Positions 1 through 4,629 of a stretch of 6,128 bases of DNA are shown here, piece after piece; the stretch's first letter is position 1; every line of letters begins with the position of its first letter. The stretch is from Candidatus Pacearchaeota archaeon (GTDB lineage: Archaea > Nanobdellota > Nanobdellia > Pacearchaeales > GW2011-AR1). The notes under the pieces were generated by a model that did no database searches, was not told the DNA's origin, and saw nothing but the letters and a program-made list of their open reading frames with translations. Location of the stretch: assembly GCA_002688165.1 (NCBI GenBank), contig NZCB01000006.1:25097-31224 (forward strand), given 5' to 3'. Made by a program: the position numbers and the translations under genes.

Positions 1-18
1 GATAGTCATAATATTATA

Positions 19-258
19 ATGCAAGCAGCTACTATGGCTGCAATAAATTATAATAAAACTCATGAGGGTATTGAATGTTATTTAATAGAAGGTAGGTATG
101 AAGGACAATTAACACATATAGGGCATATGCCTATTTTTATTGAAGATAATTCTATTCATTTGTATGGAGAAAGGGATGAGGATAATGAGTTAATAGTGGA
201 AGAGATTGTTAAAAGATGTAAAAAGGATGGACTTGATGTTAAAATATTGCACGATTAA
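19..258 (+). CDS. hypothetical small acidic protein; possibly the 3' end of a longer gene that starts before the window
   Basis: 79-aa ORF from the track. Frame 1 has no stop between nt 1 and 19 (DSHNII precedes the Met), so the 5' end is unresolved. I recognise no family motif. It has an acidic C-terminal half (ERDEDNELIVEEIV). Confidence 0.4.
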   Translation: MQAATMAAINYNKTHEGIECYLIEGRYEGQLTHIGHMPIFIEDNSIHLYGERDEDNELIVEEIVKRCKKDGLDVKILHD

Positions 259-271
259 ATTAATATTAACA

Positions 272-279
272 TTTAAAAA
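272..279 (+). promoter_or_regulatory. TATA-like box (TTTAAAAA) about 26 nt upstream of the ATG at 301
   Basis: TTTAAAAA at 272-279 with no Shine-Dalgarno motif before 301. The spacing matches the archaeal TATA-to-start distance seen at other genes in this window, which implies a leaderless mRNA. Confidence 0.35.
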
Positions 280-300
280 TTAGTTTTACTTGAATAAATT

Positions 301-540
301 ATGGTGGTTTTAATTTATATAATAATTATATTGTTAGCAATACCTACTGGATTGTTTTTGGCAAAATTATGTGAAGAAGAATTGAATGATTGGAAATTAA
401 GATTTAAAATTATGATTATAATATCTTTTATTTTGTCTATTGGAATTTATTTTTCGTCATTAGAATATAAAATATCAATAATGGTTTCATTACTTTTTAT
501 AATAATGACTCTCTTAACTTTAATTAAAAAAACATTATAA
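301..540 (+). CDS. small integral membrane protein (about 3 predicted TM helices), function unknown
   Basis: 79-aa ORF with three hydrophobic stretches (VVLIYIIIILLAIPTGLFLA, IMIIISFILSIGIYF, ISIMVSLLFIIMTLLTLI). The hydrophobicity of an AT-rich ORF is weak evidence on its own. The TATA-like box at the right distance supports expression. Confidence 0.5.
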   Translation: MVVLIYIIIILLAIPTGLFLAKLCEEELNDWKLRFKIMIIISFILSIGIYFSSLEYKISIMVSLLFIIMTLLTLIKKTL

Positions 541-589
541 CAAATCATTTTTATACTCTATTTTCTATATATTGTTAAGAGGTGTTATA

Positions 590-946
590 ATGGCAAGTGG
601 ATTACATCATTTTCATAAAAGAAAAGGAAAATTAGTTATGAATCCAAAACCTATTAAGCGTCCATTTAAAACTCCTTCAAAAAACAAATTAAGGGGATTT
701 ATGGATACAATTATTTATATTGTTGCAGTTTTAGGTCCTTTAATTGCAATACCCCAGGTTTTAAAGATATGGCATTTAAAGGAAGCAACAGGAGTTTCAT
801 TAATTACCTGGATAGGTTATCTTTTTGGAGGTTTTTTTTGGTTAACCTATGGATTATTACATGAAGAAAAACCAATCATAATAACAAATGCCCTTTGGAT
901 ATTTGTTCAAATATTCATAATAATTGGAATTGTAAGATATGGATGA
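590..946 (+). CDS. SemiSWEET / PQ-loop (MtN3-type) three-TM transporter with a basic N-terminal extension
   Basis: The core MDTIIYIVAVLGPLIAIPQVLKIWHLKEATGVSLITWIGYLFGGFFWLTYGLLHEEKPIIITNALWIFVQIFIIIG has the PQ motif in TM1. It also has the W..YG.L....PI...N pattern typical of bacterial SemiSWEETs such as the Leptospira biflexa protein (recalled from memory). A strong SD, AAGAGGTG, lies at 577-584, 5 nt before the ATG at 590, so I prefer 590 to the tracked TTG at 572. An alternative internal start at ATG 701 (AAGGGGA at 691-697) would give a canonical 81-aa SemiSWEET. Confidence 0.8.
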   Translation: MASGLHHFHKRKGKLVMNPKPIKRPFKTPSKNKLRGFMDTIIYIVAVLGPLIAIPQVLKIWHLKEATGVSLITWIGYLFGGFFWLTYGLLHEEKPIIITNALWIFVQIFIIIGIVRYG

Positions 947-948
947 TT

Positions 949-1302
949 TTATCTATATGTTTGAAAACCAAGATTTTTTATCTCTATAATTTCTAAATCT
1001 ATAGTGTATTTTGGATGGCTTGTAAATCTTCTAGGAAATGTAAAATATTCTATATTCCATCCATTATTTTCCATTTGATGAATATCTTCATCAATAAGAA
1101 TTATTAATCCACTATTTTTAGGAGAATTTCTTTTCATAAAGTTATGAGCAATTTTGGGATTATGAAACATTGGAACGGTTATTTTATCTTCATTGTCTTT
1201 TAAAACTAAGATTGGTATCCATCCTTCTTTTTTGCATTCAAATTGAAAATCTTGTGCTTTTAAATTTCCATCATTGTATAAAACCGCATATTTCTCTTCC
1301 AT
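949..1302 (-). CDS. hypothetical protein (117 aa), directly downstream of rpl15e on the same strand
   Basis: Uninterrupted 117-aa ORF lying 21 nt after the L15e stop. It has a mixed, non-low-complexity composition and no family I recognise. No SD or TATA box is evident in the 21-nt spacer, so it is probably co-transcribed with rpl15e. Confidence 0.5.
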   Translation of the reverse strand: MEEKYAVLYNDGNLKAQDFQFECKKEGWIPILVLKDNEDKITVPMFHNPKIAHNFMKRNSPKNSGLIILIDEDIHQMENNGWNIEYFTFPRRFTSHPKYTIDLEIIEIKNLGFQTYR

Positions 1303-1323
1303 TTTCTAATAATATAAAATTAG

Positions 1324-1896
1324 TTATTTGCCTCTTCTCATACCTGCTCTTACACTAGGTCTGCTCTTGTTCATAGGATTTTTGCTTCTTAATCCTCTAG
1401 ATTTCTTTCCGGCAGATGTTAGTCCTCTTTGAACTCTATTTTGATTAGTTTTTTTTACTAACCATTTTGTGTCTTTATTCTTTGAAATTTCGGGTTTGCT
1501 CGGATCAACTAAAATAACTTCATAAAAATAATGTTTACCATCTTTAGCTAAATAATAACTGTTTAAGACTTCTAGATTTGCGAATTTTTTTTGAGCCCTA
1601 TTTTCAGCAACCCATCTGTAACTCATTTTTACAACTTTTCTTATAGTGTGTCTTTTTGATCTTCTACCTTTATTTGTCCTATGTCTTTGTCTTCCACCTC
1701 TAAGCATTCTAACTCTAACTATAACAAATCCTTTTTTCGCTTTATATCCTAGAGATCTAGCCCTATCTAATCTTGTAGGTTTATCAATTTTAACAATAGA
1801 ATTTTCTTTTCTCCAATCTATCATAAGCTTTCTAAGTCTCTCAGTATCTGGCTTTTTCCAAGCTTCTCTTAATTTATTGTATAATCCTTTTACCAT
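1324..1896 (-). CDS. rpl15e: 50S ribosomal protein L15e
   Basis: The 190-aa product is collinear with archaeal and eukaryotic L15e. Matching segments include YNKLREAWKKP, KPTRLDRARSLGYKAKKGFVIVRVR, GRRSKRH, NLEVLNSYY, YEVILVDP and RGLTSAGKKSRGL. The size and very basic composition are typical of the family. Confidence 0.95.
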   Translation of the reverse strand: MVKGLYNKLREAWKKPDTERLRKLMIDWRKENSIVKIDKPTRLDRARSLGYKAKKGFVIVRVRMLRGGRQRHRTNKGRRSKRHTIRKVVKMSYRWVAENRAQKKFANLEVLNSYYLAKDGKHYFYEVILVDPSKPEISKNKDTKWLVKKTNQNRVQRGLTSAGKKSRGLRSKNPMNKSRPSVRAGMRRGK

Positions 1897-1920
1897 TATA
1901 TTATTTTTACCAAAAGTTCA

Positions 1921-1928
1921 TTTAAAAA
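1921..1928 (-). promoter_or_regulatory. TATA-like box (TTTTTAAA on the minus strand) about 28 nt upstream of the rpl15e ATG
   Basis: The complement of 1921-1928 lies in the 45-nt spacer between the tRNA-Ile 3' end and the rpl15e start. No convincing SD is present, consistent with a leaderless rpl15e mRNA. Confidence 0.35.
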
Positions 1929-1941
1929 CCTTCTTATTAAA

Positions 1942-2016
1942 TGGTCCTGCACAGATTCGAACTGTGGACCCCTACCTTATCAGAGTAGTGCTCTAACCAG
2001 GCTGAGCTACAGGACC
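1942..2016 (-). tRNA. tRNA-Ile (anticodon GAU), 75 nt, no intron, CCA not encoded
   Basis: Manual cloverleaf on the minus strand:
- acceptor stem GGTCCTG / CAGGACC
- D arm GCTC-AGCCTGGTTA-GAGC
- anticodon stem CTACT / GGTAG (one G-U pair) with loop CTGATAA, giving anticodon GAT
- 5-nt variable loop GGGTC
- T arm CACAG-TTCGAAT-CTGTG
- discriminator A. Confidence 0.92.
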
Positions 2017-2039
2017 ATAGAATCTAGAATTATAATGGG

Positions 2040-2047
2040 TTTAAAAA
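2040..2047 (-). promoter_or_regulatory. TATA box for tRNA-Ile (TTTTTAAA on the minus strand), centred about 27 nt upstream of tRNA position 1
   Basis: The complement of TTTAAAAA at 2040-2047. The distance to the mature 5' end (2016) fits the archaeal -26/-27 rule. Confidence 0.45.
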
Positions 2048-2111
2048 TCTTTTGAGATGACTATATTTTCGAATTAAGGAATTTTAGAGTTTTTTTTGAT
2101 TTTATTTAACG

Positions 2112-2594
2112 TTATTTTCTATAAAATCTTGTACGCGCAAATTTTTCGCGGCGATCATATGGTCTAGGTTCATTGTTTCCATTGGCTTTAAGAAAATCTT
2201 CATTAGCCTGAGCTATTCCTGCAATAACATTTTCATCCTCACGATCTCCTTCTTTATATCTCCTAAAAGTATTTTTATCCATAATATTCTTTGCAAAATC
2301 ATCATAAGACCATCCTTTTTTTTCTTGCCTAAGTCTTCTTTTTTCTATCTTTTTAAATCTCTCAATATCTCCTATATCTTCGAGATGATTTAAACAATCC
2401 ATATGAAAATCAAGCTTAGATCTAAATTTTAATTTTTTTATTCTAGGAAGAGGTTTCATAATTCTTATATATCCTCCAAATCTAAAAAGTCTATCTAAAT
2501 AATTTTCTCCTACTTCAAAAATATGCATAATTTCATCTAGCATTGATTCAATTTGTTTTGGTTTCAAATTATCTTTATAGGTTCTAATATCCAT
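2112..2594 (-). CDS. hypothetical protein (160 aa) with a charged, Arg/Lys-rich C-terminal tail
   Basis: Long ORF of complex composition. An SD-like GAGAGTGAT (complement of 2604-2612) lies 9 nt upstream of the ATG, and a TATA-like AAATTTTTAAA (complement of 2635-2645) lies further upstream. I recognise no family. Confidence 0.55.
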   Translation of the reverse strand: MDIRTYKDNLKPKQIESMLDEIMHIFEVGENYLDRLFRFGGYIRIMKPLPRIKKLKFRSKLDFHMDCLNHLEDIGDIERFKKIEKRRLRQEKKGWSYDDFAKNIMDKNTFRRYKEGDREDENVIAGIAQANEDFLKANGNNEPRPYDRREKFARTRFYRK

Positions 2595-2647
2595 GTCATT
2601 GTTATCACTCTCTATTTTAATTCAAAAAATCTACTTTAAAAATTTAT

Positions 2648-3283
2648 CTATTTTGCCTGTAATTCAATAATAAGATTATCTTTAACTAAATGATATCTCA
2701 AAATGGGGAGATTAATATTAAGATTTTTTGAATAAACTTTATCCTTAGATAGGGCTTTTATTTCTACAGAATTTTCTAGTTGATTGATTAAAACATCTTC
2801 TATGTTGTCTACTCCTGGAACAACTAGCTCATAAATTATCTTGTCAGATAATCTTTTTATTCGGGATTTGGGTTCTGTTTTAGGTAATTTTGAGAATCTT
2901 TTTAATTTTTCATTAGAGATTGTGTTATTTATTTTAATTGGTTGAGAGTTTTGCATTTCATTCTCTGAAAAAACTTTTTCCCCATTAACAAAAAATTGAA
3001 CATTAAGTCCCGGATTTTTTTGTCTTTTATTATTTTGAGGATTATTCATTTCATTATTCATGTTTTTCATTTGTTTTTCTAATATTTTCATAGCACTATT
3101 AATCATCTTTTCCATAAAATTATCTGAGAAATTCATTTTTTCTTCAAGGGTAGAATCATTTATGCCTAACATTCCATAATCTTCTTGTTCATGTTTTCCT
3201 TTAAGATTTAGGCCACATGAGGGACAAAATCTATTATCGCTTTTAATTTTGCTTTCGCATCTAGAACATCTTTGACTAAACAT
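2648..3283 (-). CDS. zinc-ribbon protein with a C-terminal Hsp20/alpha-crystallin-like domain
   Basis: The N-terminus, CSRCESKIKSDNRFCPSCG, is a CxxC-x10-CxxC zinc ribbon. The middle is an Asn/Gln-rich low-complexity linker (NMNNEMNNPQNNKRQKN). The C-terminus, IIYELVVPGVDNIEDVLINQLENSVEIKA...NLNINLPILRYHLVKDNLIIELQ, resembles the sHSP pattern (..E..LPGV..EDI.V.V....L.I.....F.LP......A.Y.NGVL.I.LP). Confidence 0.6.
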   Translation of the reverse strand: MFSQRCSRCESKIKSDNRFCPSCGLNLKGKHEQEDYGMLGINDSTLEEKMNFSDNFMEKMINSAMKILEKQMKNMNNEMNNPQNNKRQKNPGLNVQFFVNGEKVFSENEMQNSQPIKINNTISNEKLKRFSKLPKTEPKSRIKRLSDKIIYELVVPGVDNIEDVLINQLENSVEIKALSKDKVYSKNLNINLPILRYHLVKDNLIIELQAK

Positions 3284-3307
3284 TTGGATATAATCAGTTC
3301 AATTTAG

Positions 3308-3315
3308 TTTAAAAA
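3308..3315 (-). promoter_or_regulatory. TATA-like box (TTTTTAAA on the minus strand) about 28 nt upstream of the ATG at 3283
   Basis: The complement of TTTAAAAA at 3308-3315. There is no SD before 3283, which suggests a leaderless mRNA. Confidence 0.35.
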
Positions 3316-3362
3316 CTTTATGATGCATGAAGTTTATTTTTAGAATTTGTTATTTATAAGAC

Positions 3363-3384
3363 TTAAAAACCGTAAGGTTTTTAA
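3363..3384. promoter_or_regulatory. perfect 9-bp inverted repeat TTAAAAACC-GTAA-GGTTTTTAA in a divergent intergenic region
   Basis: Arms at 3363-3371 and 3376-3384 are exact reverse complements. The right arm reads as a TATA-like TTTTTAAAA about 40 nt upstream of the nfi ATG, whose SD TAGGAG is at 3413-3418. Confidence 0.3.
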
Positions 3385-3424
3385 AAGAAATATATCCTCT
3401 ATAACTACCTATTAGGAGCTAAAA

Positions 3425-4117
3425 ATGGGAGAAAACTTATTAGATACACGTAAGGATGAACTATCAAAAAGATATGGAATAGATTTTGATAAACTTGAAA
3501 AGGAACAAATAAAATTAGCTAAAGATTTAACTATTAAAGATAAAATTGATTTTTCTTTAGTAGATAGATTTGGAGCTGTAGAAAATATTTTTATAAAAAA
3601 TAAGATTTTAAGTTGTTTTATAGTGGTTGATAAAGATTTTGAGATAATTGACCAAGCTTATGCATTTGAGAGGATTCCCTTTCCATATTTTCCAGGATTT
3701 AGGGGATATAGGGAACTTCCTGCAATGATTAAAGCTCTAGAAAGGCTAAATGAGAAACCAGATATAGTTTTCATTTCAGCACAGGGTATAATTCATCCGA
3801 GATTAGGTTTAGCAAGTCATTTTGGATTGGTTACTAATATCCCTTCAGTAGGAGTTTCAAGTTCTTTGATAGAATGTGAAGCTTCAAATGAAGATGCATC
3901 AGAAATTATAAATGATAATGAAGTTGTTGGAAAGGTTTTGATAAGTAAGAAAGAGAGTAATCCTCTTTATATAAGTCCAGGGAATAATATAACTGTTAAC
4001 TCTTCATATGATATTAGTAAGAAACTTATTAGATTGCCCCATAAAAGGCCTGAGCCGATTCATATAGCTGCAAAATATGCGAGGAACGTTAAAAAAGAGT
4101 TAGTAATTGAAGATTAG
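3425..4117 (+). CDS. nfi: endonuclease V family protein with a divergent active site
   Basis: The 230-aa product carries the family motifs PYFPGFRGYRE (the PYIPG wedge plus the FRE glutamate), KPDIVF, QGIIHPRLGLASHFGL (compare GIAHPR..GIASH.G), IPSVGV, NPLYISPG and RPEP. The SD TAGGAG lies 6 nt upstream of the ATG. See the findings for the missing catalytic residues. Confidence 0.88.
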   Translation: MGENLLDTRKDELSKRYGIDFDKLEKEQIKLAKDLTIKDKIDFSLVDRFGAVENIFIKNKILSCFIVVDKDFEIIDQAYAFERIPFPYFPGFRGYRELPAMIKALERLNEKPDIVFISAQGIIHPRLGLASHFGLVTNIPSVGVSSSLIECEASNEDASEIINDNEVVGKVLISKKESNPLYISPGNNITVNSSYDISKKLIRLPHKRPEPIHIAAKYARNVKKELVIED

Positions 4118-4443
4118 GTGAATTCCTTTAATCTAGGTAGAAAGAAAATTGAACTTAAGATAAAAATGCAAAACCCTAGAAATCCTAGAAGTATATAATA
4201 AATTAAGTATGATTTTTCAGTGTATAATTCTTCTTGTTCTTCTTCTTGTTCTTCTTCTTCTTCTTGTTCTTCATCATCTATTGCCAATCCTGTTAATTTA
4301 TTTTTGGCATTTATATTTTGTTCAGAAATCCCCTCTTCAACTATGTTTGATAAATTAAAAGATATTAACATTAGAACTACTAATATTGAAATAAACATGA
4401 ATGAGTTATAATACTCACTATCATAAATTTTTAATTTATTCAT
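4114..4443 (-). CDS. two-TM membrane protein with a central poly-Glu/Gln acidic tract, function unknown
   Basis: 109-aa ORF with an N-terminal TM (FMFISILVVLMLISF), the tract DDEEQEEEEEQEEEQEE, and a C-terminal TM (YLIYYILLGFLGFCIFILSSIFFL) followed by PRLKEFT. A strong SD, AGGAGG (complement of 4449-4454), lies 5 nt upstream of the ATG, and the ATG overlaps the stop of the upstream AbrB-like ORF. Confidence 0.65.
   Translation of the reverse strand: MNKLKIYDSEYYNSFMFISILVVLMLISFNLSNIVEEGISEQNINAKNKLTGLAIDDEEQEEEEEQEEEQEELYTEKSYLIYYILLGFLGFCIFILSSIFFLPRLKEFT
4228..4278 (-). repeat. in-frame triplet repeat: 17 consecutive GAA/CAA/GAT codons on the minus strand, TTC/TTG/ATC on plus
   Basis: The plus strand reads ttc ttc ttg ttc ttc ttc ttg ttc ttc ttc ttc ttc ttg ttc ttc atc atc. 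This encodes DDEEQEEEEEQEEEQEE within the 4114-4443 CDS. Confidence 0.9.
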
Positions 4444-4592
4444 TTGCCCCTCCTTATTTCATTAGTGTCTAAATTTATTGCTAAGAAATCTCCTTCATCG
4501 AGATCAAATCTATCTATGGTATCTTTGGGAATAGTGACTACAAAACTATTTCCTACCTTTCTCAATCTTACATCAAATTTTCTGTCATTCAT
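4440..4592 (-). CDS. SpoVT/AbrB-fold (MazE/VapB-like) DNA-binding mini-protein, 50 aa; absent from the supplied ORF track
   Basis: Manual minus-strand translation gives MNDRKFDVRLRKVGNSFVVTIPKDTIDRFDLDEGDFLAINLDTNEIRRGK*. The segment RKVGNSFVVTIPKD......L.EGD is the classic swapped-hairpin AbrB/MazE signature. The TGA stop (4442-4440) overlaps the ATG (4443-4441) of the next gene. Confidence 0.75.
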   Translation of the reverse strand: MNDRKFDVRLRKVGNSFVVTIPKDTIDRFDLDEGDFLAINLDTNEIRRGK

Positions 4593-4612
4593 TTTTTATT
4601 ATATTTATCTTC

Positions 4613-4629
4613 CTTAGAAATTTTCTAAG
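4613..4629. promoter_or_regulatory. 17-bp palindrome CTTAGAAA-T-TTTCTAAG, a candidate operator overlapping the expected TATA position of the AbrB-like operon
   Basis: The 8-bp arms are exact reverse complements. The centre (4621) is about 29 nt upstream of the ATG at 4592, the same spacing that TATA boxes show at other leaderless-looking genes in this window. Confidence 0.4.

Noticed and set aside
572-589. TTG start at 572 for the SemiSWEET gene, as given in the ORF track
   Set aside because: The AAGAGGTG Shine-Dalgarno at 577-584 lies inside this extension and is correctly spaced for the ATG at 590. The TTG has no upstream signal.
1076-1081. C/D-box sRNA: TGATGA C-box-like hexamer here, and a CTGA on the minus strand near 4677-4680
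   Set aside because: Neither site has the partner box (C with D, plus C' and D') at an appropriate 50-70 nt spacing, and neither has terminal complementary ends. The first site lies inside a CDS.
1170-1358. 62-aa plus-strand ORF from the track
   Set aside because: It is antisense to the 117-aa ORF and to the 3' end of rpl15e. It has a hydrophobic low-complexity product and no SD or TATA signal, so it is most likely a shadow ORF.
1646-1996. 116-aa plus-strand ORF from the track
   Set aside because: It lies entirely antisense to the confidently identified rpl15e gene and runs through the tRNA-Ile gene. Its product is a Leu/Ser/Phe-rich low-complexity string typical of a shadow ORF.
1942-2111. 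tRNA-Ile as an integration site for a mobile element or genomic island
   Set aside because: There is no integrase or recombinase in the window. By eye I found no direct repeat of the tRNA 3' half elsewhere; only a trivial TTCGAAT match occurs near 2070. The flanking genes are housekeeping or orphan genes in the same compositional background.
3321-3344. Short ORF ATGATGCATGAAGTTTATTTTTAG in the 3284-3424 intergenic region
   Set aside because: It has only 7 codons, no ribosome-binding site, and lies in promoter-like AT-rich DNA.
4114-4200. The C-terminal TM plus basic tail of the 109-aa protein as an archaeosortase-type (PGF-CTERM-like) sorting signal
   Set aside because: The architecture of low-complexity linker, TM and basic tail is reminiscent of one. 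However, the motif is LGFLGF rather than PGF, and the linker is acidic rather than Thr/Ser-rich. The mature protein would be tiny, and no archaeosortase is visible. This is too speculative to call.
4220-4411. 63-aa plus-strand ORF beginning MYNSSCSSSCSSSSSCSSSS
   Set aside because: It is the antisense reading of the GAA/CAA triplet repeat inside the 109-aa minus-strand gene, which has a strong SD and translational coupling. The poly-Ser/Cys run is a by-product of the repeat.
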